Assembly: GCF_009914755.1 (NCBI RefSeq)
Contig: NC_060928.1
Length of the DNA stretch: 64,000 nucleotides
Source of the DNA: the human T2T-CHM13v2.0 reference genome, Homo sapiens
Strand: one strand, 5' to 3'
A model generated the notes under the pieces. It was not told where the DNA came from and made no database searches. It was given only the letters and a program-made list of their open reading frames with translations. Below are positions 49,278 to 63,010 of the stretch, in pieces (positions within the stretch are counted from its first letter, which is position 1; every line of letters starts with the position of its first letter). Both the position numbers and the translations under genes were made by a program.

Positions 49278-50899
49278 AATTGTATATTAGGCCACAAAAT
49301 GAATCTTAGTAAAATTTTCCTCCCCTGCCAGATTCTATGTACCAAATAGATTGCTGGGGAGTGTGCAGCAGGTACCAGCTACCAGGAAGGTAGTGCTTTG
49401 TGATCACAACAGCAGCAACTCCCTTGTAACTACAAATTGAGAAGAGCAGGAACCTGACCAAGTTCTGTGTGTTTTTTCTGAAGCTCCATATTCTCCAGGT
49501 ACCCAGACCAGTAGAACATAACTACAGCAGTGAAAAGGGAGGCTTCATTAAACAGTTACAAAATCTTGTTTTTTTTTTTAGTGAACTATATTAATTAGTG
49601 CTGAATGCTGGAAAGTAATTGCTTTGCATCTTGTTTTTTTTTTAACCTTAAACTTGTCAGATTGTTGCTTAGAATTAACATTATAAATTAGAAATGCTGA
49701 TAAAATAGAAATCCTTAAAAAAATTAGTTAATAAAACTTGGTTTACAATGTTAGGTGATATACCTTCATCTTGACTGAAAAAAAAAATATTGACAAAGCT
49801 CTGACCTTTTCTTCCTGTTGCCATAATGCCCCTAAGAAACCAGATCTATTGCTTTAGTGATTTTCAAAAACATTTTTAAAAATATAATAAATAGATTAGT
49901 AGAAAATATATTTGGTTATCCCAGACATTTACAAATTTGTAACCCATAGACCAACACAGGGATAAATCTGTCAAGTTAGCGCTGCCACTCATCAAACACA
50001 AGACAGGTTTTAGAGAAATTGATATCTGGAGGAAGAAAATTCCAAACTCCGTTACCACATGAAACTTTTGCTAGAAACAGGAAAGTTTCCTTTTGCTATA
50101 ATTTGCAGTCATATTTGTGGCTTAGAAAATATCTAATTTTTTTACAATAGTATGTAACTTGTATGTAAACATAGCAATGGTTTTTAATATCTTTTTTTAT
50201 GTGCTGAGGACTTGATTCCTTCCATTGCAGAAGAGGTCATATGGTAAACAGGCTGCACATATTATAAGGTTATATTACTGAGTGGTGGCCAGGATGCTTA
50301 TTTCACCCTTGAGTCTTTCTGTGTTATTTTGGTCCTTCATCCCTATCATCAATTCTAGTCAGCAGGTTTTTGTCCTTCTCCCTAGGTAGTAACCTGACCA
50401 GAGAATAATCATTTTAAGCAAAGATCAAATTTAGTTGGAACTTAAATCACATCTGCCACTGTTGTCTAAACCATAATGGTATAGGTTAGCCAAAAAGAGT
50501 TGTAATTCAGCTTTTGAAGCTTGTCAGTTTATTTTTGGAATAAACTAGAAAGTTAATCACAAGTATATTTATGGGTACAATAATATATAGTTGCATGTCA
50601 CAACATTTTAAATTGTATTTTGTTAAGAAAAGAACACTAGTTTTTGTTTGTTCATTTTTTTCTTAAGAATAATACTACTTATCTATTTGTACATAGAAAA
50701 ATGTAAACGGGATGAAGGAAATTTTTTGAATAATAATCTTCCCACTGAGTGACAAATCTTAAAAGAATTGGGCTTGTGTCTATAAATTTTTAAATCAATA
50801 AAACCAATGAGCTCTTCTCATTTATGGAAACATGCAACTGCTGCACTGAATTCATACTTTATAAAAAATTCATATTCTAATGATATTAGAAATGAAGAG

Positions 50900-51235
50900 A
50901 TCAGTTAGTTGCTTAAACCCTGATCATGTGTCAGGCACTATTCTAGATGCTGGGGGTTAGAGCAGAAAGGTAGATTTCTTGTCCTCACGGGGCTTGCCTT
51001 CAAGTGGCAGAAACAAAGTAAATATGCACACAACTATATGAGAGAGATGATATATTAAAAATGACTATGAAGAAAATTAAAGACATGCTAAGGAGTGACT
51101 GACAGCTGCTTATTCAGACAGCTGATTTGAGGAAGGGTAGTGGGTAAAGGCCTATCAAAGGGAATTATATTTGAATTAATACTTCAATGATGAGAAGACA
51201 GCAAAATGAAATAATCTGTGAGAATTACATTTCAA
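50900..51235 (-). mobile_element. L2 3' fragment
   Basis: catgtgtcaggcactattctagatgctggg...gtcctcacggggcttgccttcaagtgg. Confidence 0.7.
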
Positions 51236-54094
51236 TCAAAAAAAAAAAAGAACCAGGATAAAACTACCTAATTACTCTGAATTTACAATGACTCCAGTCA
51301 GAACTCTTAAATAATGATTGTACCCTAATTGAAATGCAACATTGAAACCTTAAGTTGGAGACATTTACCTGATTGATTGATAAAGAAATATCATTAAATA
51401 TCTAGCAAGTATTTTCTTTATGTTACAGGTATTAGATCCATAAGAGTCTATGGTTTTTAAGGGGAGAAAATAAAGTATATCCTCAGGAGCTATAGAAAGT
51501 GTGAAACCAACAGGCCCCAAAGCAGTATAAACACAGAACTGAGTTTAACAGTATTTACAAAGTCTAGGAAAGTTAAAAGGAAAGAAAAAGAAGGAGGAGA
51601 AGAAGGAAGAGGAAGGAGAAAAATAAAAGTTGAAAATTAGAGATAGGAAAAGGATAAATATGAAATGTATATTTTCAAGAATTAAGCAATTGTAACAATT
51701 TGAGAGATTCCTGGAGGATGAGAAGAGCTCAATCTAGAGACTATAAACTTTATATTTGCAGATCTGATTTAAGGTAGAGATTATCAAACAGTAAATAAAA
51801 TATTATTTTTGGGGGTTTCAAAACTCTTCATTTTATGAGAAATCTGTAATGTTTTTCTGGGTTTTTGTTTTGAAAGAGAATAGGATAATTGGTGCACAGA
51901 AAAAATAAAAATAAGTGAGTGAAAGATTATATAAGTAGTAATGAAAACTAGAGAGAGGAACTGAAATAAACAAACTTTTAAAATTTGAGTGGTTAAAATG
52001 TTTGTTTTCAATTTTGAAACCAAAAGAGAAAAATATGATTAAAATATGGTCAATTACATGACGACATTTTCAAAAAGGAGGAAGTAACTTCATCCTTTAA
52101 GAAAGACCAAACTTTTCTAAACACCAAAGTTTAAAGGAATACTTTAATTCCTAATTTTTTTCAGTAATACTACAAGGGTCAATATACTCGACACTCATTC
52201 CTTTAATAAAAAAGGTGAAGTATTTCATCTGGATCTTCTTACAATATTCTATTTCATATGCTTATTCTTATGATACAGATAAAAGTCAAGGACATAATAT
52301 AAAATGCAACATACTCAAATAATTTTCTGTAAAACTGAAATATTATACTGGAAATACTTGATTTTTTAATTGTCAGGCTTACTAAAGGAGAGTGAGAAGA
52401 TTGTAAGGACTGCACATCTTTCAGAAATTTCCCCTAAATTCTACCTTCTTAGTGAGATTTTGATCAAAACTTGAGAGAAAACACCTTAGTCTCTTCGAAA
52501 AAAAAAAAAAAGACTTCAATTGTTAATATTTTGAGTTGTGAGTTAAAGTTGGAAAGATATAGCTTGTAAACATTACATAAATTTCCAATAAAATAAACAT
52601 TACTTGGTGAAAAGTTAGGAATCTTATCAAAATTCTCATTTAGAACGAAGTATCATCCATTTCTACTTGAGCTTAGTCCCGAGTTAAAGCCAGAATTTCC
52701 TTAAATCATCCTCAGTTGAATACAGTATATTAACAAATTGTCTAGTATCTCTAAAATTATCCACAGGAAAGCAATGATTAAATAATTTTATTCCAGTAAA
52801 CATTTTTGTAGCTTCACCATGAGAAGTTGTAAAATCTCCGTGGAATGTTGGCTTTGAACACACACCATGCTAGTGGACCTATCTTGGTAAATTAATTGCA
52901 AAATATTCTTCCAATAACTAGTCAAATCTCCAATAATTGTGTATGAAATCAACAATAATTTTGGAATATAATATCAAATATAATAATAAGGATAAATACT
53001 GAAGACATTTTGGTATTAAATTAGTTTTTATTATGCATTATTTTGAAAATAACAAATTATTTTTAATAACAATTTCAAAAAAAATATGACCAATATACTT
53101 ATAATACCAGAATTGAATCCATTCAGACCATCTAATAGTCATTAAATCTGCAAATTTACGCTAAAAGCTATAGTGGTCATACCATATTTCACTTGATATT
53201 GTTATCTGATCTATCAGGAGATTTTTATTGGTAAGGCTGTTGCAAGGATATTAGAATATGAGTTTCATATACGGCTACATGAACATCAATAAGTTAATAT
53301 TTCACATATAACCAATTGTTTTTATTTTCAATATCTAATACTTCATATACTTCATAAAATTATAGTGATCATAGAAAGTATTAATAGTAGTCATTTGCTT
53401 TTTTTGTACAAAATATTGCACCTTGAAACCCCAACATAGTAAGAAGGAAGATAGCACAAATATTGATGGAATGAACAGTTGATGATAGATGGTAGGACTA
53501 TGGATGAAAATTATGGCAAATGGTAGAAATATGATCCAAATATGAGCCAAACCTCATTGGAGTCAATCACAAGGTGGCTGGCCTCTTCAGAGTGATCGGC
53601 CTTTAATCTTTTAGAAACAAGTTAACAGAGAAGGACCATATTCCTTGGGATTTATTAAGATAAAATATTTAATAATTGTTATTGCCTGCGGCATTTATTG
53701 AATGCAAACCACGGATAAAGCATTTCACGTAAATTCTCATTTATCTTCATCAAACAGTTTCAACATAAGCATTACTATACTCTTGTTACAAGTGTATAAA
53801 CCTATTTCCAAATGTTAATTTGTTGAAACTCTTTGAATCAATACTGCATCAGGGATTGGATGTTTGGAGGATTCATATAGGGAGGTTATAAAGGAAGCAA
53901 AGCAGGCCTATCAGTTAGCTATTGTTAGCTATTATTGTTATGTAATAAACCATCCAAATCTTCAGTGGCTTAAAACGACATTTTTCATAGTTCAAGTGGT
54001 TGGGCTTGGCTGATCTCTTTTGAAACACCACTCTTGTGTAGGTTAACTAGGGAATTTATCAAATGGAGACATTCCCCAAGAATGTAAAAATATA

Positions 54095-55450
54095 TTTATT
54101 CTTTACCAAAAGAAGATGTACAGATGACAAATAAGCACATGGAAAGATGTTCAACATCATCAGACATTAAGGAAATGCAAATTAAAACCACAATGAGATC
54201 ACTACATATGTATCAGAGTGGCTAAAATGAAAAATAGTGACAACACCAAATGCTGGCAAGGGTACAGAGACACTGGATACCTCCTACATCATTGGTGGAA
54301 ATGTAAATGGTACAGCCACTCTTTCTTCTTTTTTTTATTTTTTTATTTTTTGAGACAGAGTCTCAGTCTCACTGTTGCCCAGGCTGAAGTGCAGTGGTGC
54401 AGTCATGGCCCCCTGCAGCCTTGAATTTGCCCAGGCTCAGATGATTCTCCTATCTTAGCCTCCCAAGTAGCTAGGACTAAAGGCTTGCGCCACATGCCGA
54501 GCTAATTTTTTTTTGTTTTTTTTTATAGTGAAGTTGTTTTGCCAGGCTGCTCCGGCTAGTCTTAAACAACTTGGGCTCAAGTGATCCGCCTGCCTCAGCC
54601 TCCCAAAGTGATGGGAGCCACCTCGCTCAGCCAGTAATCTTTTTTAAAACAACAACTCAACTCAACTAAAACTGCAACTACCATATGACTTGACAATTCT
54701 ACTCCTGGGTGTTCATCACAGAGAAAGGAAAATTTATATTCATACAAAAACCTGTATATGAAGGTGTGTGACAGTTTTATTTGTAATAACCAAAAACTGG
54801 AAACAGCCCACATGGTCTTAAACAGATAAATGGTTGAACAAACTGTGGCACATTCATACATTAGAATTGTACTTGGAAAAAAAGCAAATAAACTATGAAT
54901 ATGCCAATATCTTATATGAATCTCTAGGGAAACATGCTGAGAGAAAATATAGAAATGGTTGTAAAAGAACAGCATGAGAGATCCTGGAAATGTAAATGGT
55001 ACAGTCATTCTTTCTGAAAAAAGGATCAGTAATCATTACCACTAATCTTAGATAACTGTTTACGTACTTAATACACACATAACTGTTACATACAAAATTA
55101 TAAAAGATCCCAGTGGTTTTGGAACTGTACAGTATCATAAGTGAAGAGATGCTGGTGGTTTTGGAACAGTACAGTATCTTGAATGTGGTGGTGTACATGA
55201 GAATAGACAAAGGTAATAAAATTGTATTGAACTTAGTACACATACGGGCATAGCTTCCAACCAACTGCAAATAAAACTGGGAAGGTATGAATACGATTAG
55301 TGGATTTTATCAATGTCAATAGCCTGGTTGTAATATAATATCACATATAGTTTTATAAAATGTTGCCTTTAGGGAAAACTGAGAAAAGTGTACACAGTGT
55401 ATTATTTCTATAGTGACATGGGAAACTAAAATTTTCTCAATTTTTTAATT
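54095..55450 (+). mobile_element. Old L1 (L1MC-like) 3' end, interrupted by AluJ
   Basis: ORF2 C-terminal-like sequence (aataagcacatggaaagatgttcaacatca...gaaatgcaaattaaaaccacaatgaga) and an L1MC-like 3' UTR. Confidence 0.82.
54322..54632 (-). mobile_element. AluJ-like SINE
   Basis: Diverged reverse-complement Alu with J-type features (cagccttgaa, gggctcaagtgatcc). Confidence 0.85.
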
Positions 55451-56100
55451 AAAAATGCATTTATTGATATTTAGAAAATAAAAATTTTAAAATGCAGAAA
55501 TCAATAAACAAATCTAACAATAAGTAAAATAAAGTAAAACATTTAGAAAACAAAACATGATCTTGTAAGAATACAAGGACAAATACAAATTATTGGTAGA
55601 ATTTTAAAGTAAAATTTAAATAAGATTTATTTCTAAAACACAACACAAAACAAAAAATATTTAAAACCTAAGTAAATTTTAAAAATTTTAGTGCGTTGGT
55701 TTTATTAGTTAATTATTTTAACTTGTTTATTATTTATTATTCTAAAATAAGTAAACTTTATTATTTCACTAACTTATTCTTACAAATAAATTTAATAATA
55801 CCAATAATAAAATTTATACAGTCATGAGTCACTTAGCAATGAGGATACATTCTGAGAAATGCACCCTGTGGGCAATTTCCTTGTGCTAACATCACAAAGT
55901 GTAAACAATCCTAGATGGTATAGCCTACTGCACACCTAGGCTATGTGGTATAGACTATTGCTACTAGGCTACAAACCGGTACAACATGTTACTATACTGA
56001 ACACTGTAGGCAATTGTAACACAATAGCAAATATTTGTGTATCTAAACATATAAAAGATAAAGTAAAAATATGATATAAAAGATTTAAAAGGATACGCCT

Positions 56101-57178
56101 TTGTATTTTAATTTTTTTATTTTTAAAAAATTTTTATTTTAGTTTCAGGGGTACATAAGCAGATATGTTCTATAGATAAATTGCATGTCACAGAGGTTTC
56201 ATGTACATATTATGTCATTACCCAGGTAATAAGCATTGTACCCAATAGGTAGTGTTTTGATCCTCACTCTATTCCCACCCTGCACCCTCAAGTAGGCCCT
56301 GGTGTCTATTTTTCCCGCCTTTGTGTCCATGAGTATTCAATGTTTAGCTCTCACGTATAAGTGAGAACATGGGGTATTTGCTTTTTTGTTCTTGTATTAG
56401 TTTGCTTAAGATAATGGCCTCCAGCTCCAACCATGTTGCTGCAAAGGACATTATCTCATTCATTTTCTATGGCTTCATAGTATTCCCAGGTGTATATGTG
56501 CCATATTTTCTTTATCTAGTCTACCATTGATGAGCATTTAGGTTGATTCCATGTCTTTGCTATTTTGAATAGCGCTGCGATAAACTTATTAGTAATGTAT
56601 CTTTATGGTAGAACAACTTATATTTCTTTGGGTATAATGGCCTTGCTTGGTCAAATGGTAGTCCTGTTTTAAGTTCTTTGAGAAATCACCAAACTGCTTT
56701 CCACAATGCCTGAACTAACTTACATTCCCATCAGCAGTGTATAAGTGTTCTCTTTTATTGACAGCTTTGCTAGGGTCTGTTATTTTTTGGCATTTTAATA
56801 ATAGCCATTCTGACTGGTGCGAGATGGTATCTCGTGGTTTTGATTTGTATTTCTCTAATCATTAGTGATATTAAGCACTTTTTCATATGTTTGTTGGTCA
56901 CATATATGTCTCCTTTTGAAAAGTGCCTGTTCATGTCCTTTGCCCATTCTAGGCATAGGCCCTGGTAAGTATTTCATGATGAAGATGCCAAACAAAATTG
57001 CAACAAAACTAAAAATAGACAAATGGGGCCTAATTAGACTACAGAGCTTCTGCCTAGCAAAAGAAACTATCAATAGGGTAAGCAGACAATCTGCAGAATG
57101 GGAAAAGAAATTTGCAAACTGTGCCTCTGACAAAAGTCTAATATACAGAATCTATAAGGAATTTAAATAAATGAACAA
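56101..57178 (-). mobile_element. Older L1 (L1PA13-15-like) 3' fragment with twin-priming inversion (- 56101-56946, + 56944-57178)
   Basis: Poly-T and 3' UTR on -, strand switch at tgcccattct to + ORF2 sequence ([19 protein letters not shown]); degenerate TSD ggatacgccttt / tagtacaccttt. Confidence 0.85.
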
Positions 57179-57521
57179 ATATAGTACACCTTTATGGGGC
57201 ATTTACCATGCATGGGGCTTGCAGGACTGAAAGTTGCCCTGGGTGAGTCAGTGAGCGAGTGGTGAGTGAATGTCAAGGCCTAAGACATTACTGTACATTT
57301 CTGTAAACTTTATAAACACTGTATATTTAAGCTACACTAAAATTATAAAAAAATTCTTTCTTCAATAGTAAAATAACTTTAGTAGCTTACTGTAACTATT
57401 TACCTTATAAACTTTTAAATTTTTATTAACTTTTTGTCTCTTTTGTAATAACACAGTTTAAAACACATGTTGTACAACTGTGGAAAAGTATTTTCTTTTA
57501 AAAATGTCTTTATTATATAAG

Positions 57522-57650
57522 GTGTTTGTTTGTTTTTAGAGATGAAGTCTCACTGTGTTGCCCAGTCTGGTCTCAAACTTCTGGCCTCAAGATACCACCC
57601 AACTTTGGCCTCTTAAAGTGTTGATTACATGCATAAGCCATCACAAAGGG
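57522..57650 (-). mobile_element. Alu left monomer (FLAM/AluJ-like)
   Basis: tagagatgaagtctcactgtgttgcccag...ggcctcaag...aaagtgttgattaca. Confidence 0.75.
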
Positions 57651-58129
57651 CAAGTTTATTTTTTCTATTAAATTTTTTTTAATGTTTTGTTAAGGTACAA
57701 ACACATACATTAATCTAGGCCCGCACTCGGTCAAAATCATCAATATCACTGTTTTCTACCCCAACATTTTGTCCCACTGAAAGGCCTTCATGGACAACAG
57801 GCATAGAGCTGTCAATCTCCTTCCTTCTTCTGGAGTGCTTCATGAAGTACCTGCTGTTTTACAGTTAATGTTTTTTTTGTTTTGTTTTTCAGATAAATGT
57901 AAGAAGTGCACTCTAAATTAATAAAAAGTATAGGAAATACATAAACCAATACATAGCCATTTGTCATTATGAATTATGTACTGTACATAATTGTATGTGC
58001 TATACTTTTATGCAACTGATAGCCCATTAGGTTTGTTTATACCAGCATCACCACAAACACATGATTAATGCATTGAGCTGCAATGTTATGACGGCTTCAG
58101 TGTCACTAGATGATAATTTATTTTATTTA

Positions 58130-58275
58130 TTTGCTCAATGTTTGCCTAACTACTTTACATGTATTATCTTATTTAATGCTTACAACAATCTGATAAGTAA
58201 TTTAAATTACATTCACTCCTATTTGAAGATGAGTTCAAATCAAGAGAGGTTATTTAACTTGCACAAAGTAATCTT
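58130..58275 (-). mobile_element. MIR fragment
   Basis: ctttacatgtattatcttatttaatgcttacaacaa...agaggttatttaacttgcacaaagt. Confidence 0.65.
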
Positions 58276-58908
58276 ATAGATGAGAAAAATGTTTATATGG
58301 AAAAGTTAAGTATAATTGGTTTATGTATAAACATATAGATGGATGCTACATTGTAAATTCTTAGCACTTTGTATGCATACTTAAGTTTGTGTATAAAGAA
58401 ATAAAACCACAAGTACTGTCTTACAAAGTACTTATTTCCACTCAGAAATATTATATCCTTATTTCTCATGTTTTAAATGGTTTCGAGGAGATATTTTATG
58501 TATGCCTTAACCCACATAAATGTACCACCTACAGTAGTCCTCCCTTATCCAAAGTTTTGCCTTCTGTGTTTTTAGTTACTCTAAGTCAACTGTAATCTAA
58601 AAATCTTAAATGAAACATTTTAGTAATAAACAAATCATCAATTTGAGATTGCACGCTGTCTTGAATAACATGATGAAATCTACCTGCGATGTGAATCACT
58701 CTTTTATATGGTTTATCCCTGCTTTAGACACTTCTAGTCCATAGTCACTTAGTAGCATCTCGGTTATCAGATTGACTTTGGAGGTATCATAGTGTTTGTG
58801 TTCAGTTAACCCTTGTCTTACTTGATAATGGCTCCAAAGGGCAAGAGTACTGTGACTAATTTAAAAACTAAACTTTATCATAGGTATGTATGTGTAGGAA
58901 AAATATCG

Positions 58909-60960
58909 TGTTACAGGATACTTGGGGTGTCGTTTCACCAGCTGAAAACCTTTGTGGCTGGTGGCATCTTTGCCTGAGTTTTGCACTGGCCCACTGGGCT
59001 TATTCTGCCACTTAGCCTGGCAGGCTGAGCTCGGATTGCACTTCTGGCCTGGATCCCACGCCTGCCAAGGGCAAGCCAGGCAAGGAGCAGCAAGGGGTGT
59101 GTGAGCGAGCTTGGGGTTCATTCACTGCACACAGCCAGGCATGCCGGCTGCAGCAGGGCAGACAGCTCCAGACGCTGGCACAGGCACTGGCTCCCTGCAA
59201 GGCTGCAGCTAGACCATGTATACCACAAGCAGCTTCCATGGCTGACACCAGGGAATGTGGTGGTACCCGGAAGAGATCCCTAAAGAGAGTGTCACAGTAG
59301 ATCCCTAAAGAGAGTGTCACAGCCCTGGCTCGAGGAGCTCCTAGGTCAGGGCTCCCCAAAGGCCTGCAGCTCTTCTCTCCTCTCTTCTCTCCATCTTGTT
59401 GCCTGAAATGTGGTGAGCAAGAGGCATGTTTCAGCACTGTTTGTGTTACAGCTCGTTCGGCCCTGCCATTCGGTGGGTCCCACGTACTTGTCCTGCTTCC
59501 AGGAAGAATGAGATACACAGACAACTGGAGGGTAAGCAAGACCAAGACAGGCTTTATCGAGTGCTAGAAGAGCTCACAGGGGACCTACAGTGGGTAGCTC
59601 TTCTCTGCAGCCAGGGTATTCCAATGAGTGTTCAGCTCTTAGCAGAGAGAGTAACTCCTCTCTGCTATGCAGGTCATCCTGATGATTGTTCAGCTCTCAG
59701 CAGAGAGGGTAGCTCCTCTCTGGAAGCAGGTCATCACCAGGAATGTTCAGCTCTCAGCAGTGAGGGTAGCTCCTCTCTGCAGTCAGGTTGTCCCGAGTGT
59801 CCAGCTCTCAGCAGAGAGGGTAGCACCTATGTGCAGGCAGGTTGTCCTGTCAACTATTCTGGTCTGGCTAAGTTCAGGGCTTTTCATGGGCCTCAGAGGG
59901 GAGGAAGTGTATGCTGATTGATTCAAGGGTAGCCATGGGTGGGCTCAGAAAAAGCACAAGTTTCCACTCCAGTCCACCAGAGTGGCAGCCCAGGCCTCAG
60001 GCTTCAGGCCCTCCCCAGCTTGAAGGTGGGGCTTCACCAGGAATCCAACCCCTCTGCCCAGAAGCCTGTCTGCCTCCTTCTGCTGTTCATGCCACCCAGG
60101 CTGTTCTTGCCAAGAGGCACCTGCAGGCCAGTGCTGAGCTGCCCTCAGTGCCCCCTTTAGTCTCCCTCCCATGGTCGTTGGTGCCCAAAGTCCTGAGGGT
60201 GCTGAGGAAGAAGGGGGTTGGTGTGTCAGCACTGCCCCAAGCGTGTGCACACCTAGACAGATTGTGACAATGCCTGGGCTCAGTCTCAACTTTGTTCCCT
60301 GACTACAGTGGGTGCTGACATTGGGGAGAAGCCAGAAAGTAGGGGCAGGCACTTGGAGCCTGTAGGTGCTGGGGAAGCCTCCCTGCGCCCCCAGAATGTG
60401 GAGATGCCTGGGTCTGCGGCTGCAACTTGGGCAGCTGCAGCTGCACCTGGGAGGGTGGAGCTCCTGCCTGATCCTGACTACCAAGAGCACAGGGTGCCCA
60501 GGTCACGGCCACAACTTGGGTGGCTCCAGTTGTGTCTGAGAAGCTCCCACTGCACCAACTTGAAAGGGGCAGCAAGCTCCCACTTGTCCCTGGCTCAAGC
60601 TCAGTCAAGCATGTGGAGCATGCAGCCCTGGCCTTGCTTCCTCTCTGTTTTCCCTGCAGCAGCAGTGGGTGAGGTACAGATGGCACCTCACAAATTAATC
60701 TGATGCTCCCAAGGCCTGCCCTGTGAGTCCCGGGATGCAGCAGGGAATGAAGTTGAGGCCGCAGAGGAGGCTGTGGGCCTGGGAGCGGATCCTGCCTGGC
60801 CATGCAAGAGTGGAGGTGGCACAGTTTACTGCCTCAGGGACGCAGGGCAGAGGGGACCCACTGCTGCTCCAGCAGCTGTTTCTGCCACCACTGCCCATGT
60901 CTCCCTGCTTCAGCCAGTGTGATGGCAGCAGCCACTCCAGATGGCCCGCTGCTGCCATCA
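58909..60960 (-). mobile_element. MER52-family (ERV1) solo LTR, ~2.05 kb
   Basis: Termini tgttaca...ccactccagatggcccgctgctgccatca, the reverse complement of the MER52 start; GC-rich; degenerate 4-bp TSD atcg/ataa. Confidence 0.88.
59570..59850. repeat. ~57-bp tandem repeat, ~4.5 copies, inside MER52
   Basis: Recurrent tgttcagctctcagcagagagggtagctcctctctg. Confidence 0.85.
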
Positions 60961-61344
60961 ATAATATATAGAGGGTTCAGTACTATTTGCAGTTTTAGGA
61001 ATCCACTGTGGGTCTTGAAACACATACCTTGAGGATACGGGAAGATTGCTGTAAATTGAATTATTTATTGGTGGGTGATTATATTATTATTTTCCTTCTC
61101 TGTATCTCCTTACCTCTCTTTCTTCTGGACTCCCTCTTTTTTCCTCCCTCCCCTCCTTCCTCCCCCAACTTCTTTTTTCTTTCTTTCATTTGTACTGTGA
61201 AAGGCAGTTATTTCTTTCTCTGAAATTGTGAATGGCACTGCAGTTAGCCCTGACATCTGTCTTCTCCCTTTCTTTCTCTCCTATCTTGGCAATACTAGTT
61301 GTGGAAGAATAATGGATATGAATCATGTGAATAGCCCTGACCAC

Positions 61345-61934
61345 TAATCAGTTACTTTTAGATGTCAATTTGACTGAATTTAGAGATACTTAGAATGGCT
61401 GATGAGGCATTGTTCCTAGGTGTGTTCATGAGAGTGTTTTGGGAGATTGACAAGCAATTTCATGGACTGAGTGGGGAAAATCTGCCCCAATATGGGAGGG
61501 CATCAATCAGCTGGAGGCCCAGACAGAACAAAAAGGTGGAAGAATGGTAAATTCTCTCTCTCTATTTCTCTCTCTCCCTTACAGTGCTAGATACCTTCTT
61601 CTGCTGTTCTTGCACATCAGAACTCCAGATTCCTCAGTCTGGATTCTGCACCTTGCATCAGTGGCCTCTAAGGGCTCTCAAGCTTTCAATTTCAGACTGA
61701 GAGATCACCAGCTTTCTTGGTTCTGAGGCTTTCCAAGCTGGATTGAACAATACTATGGGCTTCTCTAGTTCTCTAACTTGCACATGTCCTATTGAGGGAC
61801 TTCTTAGCCTCCAATATCATCTGAGCCAATTCGCTTAATAAAAACCCTCTGATATACCTATATCATCTATGTGTGTATCTATAACTATCTATATATCCAT
61901 TGGTTCTGTCTCTCTGAAAACTCTGACTAATGCA
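61345..61934 (+). mobile_element. MLT2 (C/D-like) solo LTR
   Basis: gatgtcaatttgactga...ggactgagtggggaaaatctgccc...ttggttctgtctctctgaaaactctgactaatgca. Confidence 0.82.
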
Positions 61935-62770
61935 GCAGGAGAGGTAGTGGCCACCTTTCTCATTCCAGAATTTCCAATTTCTAAGACTTTCAATCAATGA
62001 TGGCAGAGAAAAAAACACATACTACAATGTAATTTGCAACTACGCCTCATGGCTTATTATATAACATTGACATTAATCAAAACCAGCAGGAAAAGCACTA
62101 GGTGAGTTCTGTGAGCAAGAACTCTCAAACAAACACATTGCAAATGGTTTCCTTATTCTTGTAGCATATTTTTCACCCTTGGTACAGTCCTTTGGCTGTG
62201 GTACAATAATTTCAAAATTTTTCTGCCAACAATTCCCATGAGGTGTAGATACTGGGACTATATTTGGCCTCACTAATAATTATTCTTCACTTCATTTGCA
62301 TGTGTTTTTATTATAACTTTATTCCATAAATTAAATTTCTGTATTTCAAATTTGATTGATAAGTTTAATTCTATCTTGTTAGCTTTCGACCATCTTCTTT
62401 TCTTCCCTTAATGATGCACTTAAACAATGTGCATCTTTCCATACATCTGCTTCTTGTCTCTTTCTGTTCTCTCCTGCTGTCACTCACTTGCCTTGTTTTG
62501 CACTTTTTCTTTCCTCTCCATAAGATCTGTATCTTTTTTATATCTGGTTGACATTAATAGATTCCTGTAAATCTGCAGTTTAACTGTGTTCATTTATACC
62601 ACTAATATTAACGTCTTTCTTTTCTTCTATTCAGTGAATTTGCTTTTGCTCCTTAAATTCCACTCTCAACAATTGCCTGGGAATAAAATCCTTTACATGA
62701 ATAACTCTGTGAAAGAATATGAAACGTATGGAGACCTTTGATGCACATTGCCAATTACATTAAAAAAAGG

Positions 62771-63010
62771 ACAGCATAGTGGTCAATAGCACTGGCTCCA
62801 GACCATGGTAACTGTGTTTGAATCCTGATTCCTGTATTTGTTTGCAATGTGACTTAAGGAAAGTTACTGAACTTCTCTAACCGTCAATTTTCTCATCTTT
62901 AACGTGTGAGTAATAATAGAAGCTACCACATACGGTTGCTGTTAAGATTATATGAATTGATACATGTAACTAGAACAATGCCCAGCATAAATTTGAGTGG
63001 TTATTATTAT
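62771..63010 (+). mobile_element. MIR SINE
   Basis: acagcatagtgg...tttgaatcctg...tgtgacttaaggaaagttactgaacttctc...ttttctcatct. Confidence 0.85.

Larger units (their letters stand above)
55819..58113 (+). mobile_element. Tigger3 (Tigger3b-like) interrupted by an L1 and an Alu monomer
   Basis: TA+cagtcatgagtcacttagcaatgaggatacattctgagaaatgc terminus; body resumes at 57181 (tacacctttatggggcatttaccatg). Confidence 0.87.
58532..61051 (+). mobile_element. MER44 (Tigger7 derivative, MER44B-like) split by a MER52 LTR
   Basis: TA+cagtagtcctcccttatcc ... ggatacgggaagattgctg+TA terminal inverted repeats; collinear across the insertion. Confidence 0.85.

Noticed and set aside
49330-49560. GC-richer unique patch that might be an exon or promoter
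   Set aside because: No convincing paired splice sites, ORF or CpG island visible.
59570-59850. Regularly spaced repeats superficially like a CRISPR array
   Set aside because: Tandem units without unique spacers, inside a primate LTR, with no cas genes.
58861-61032. Dense cluster of overlapping 60-181 aa ORFs on both strands
   Set aside because: All lie in the GC-rich MER52 LTR where stops are rare; no recognisable domain.
62073-62670. Purine-rich minus strand with a 66-aa ORF
   Set aside because: No recognisable homology; frequent stops in all frames.
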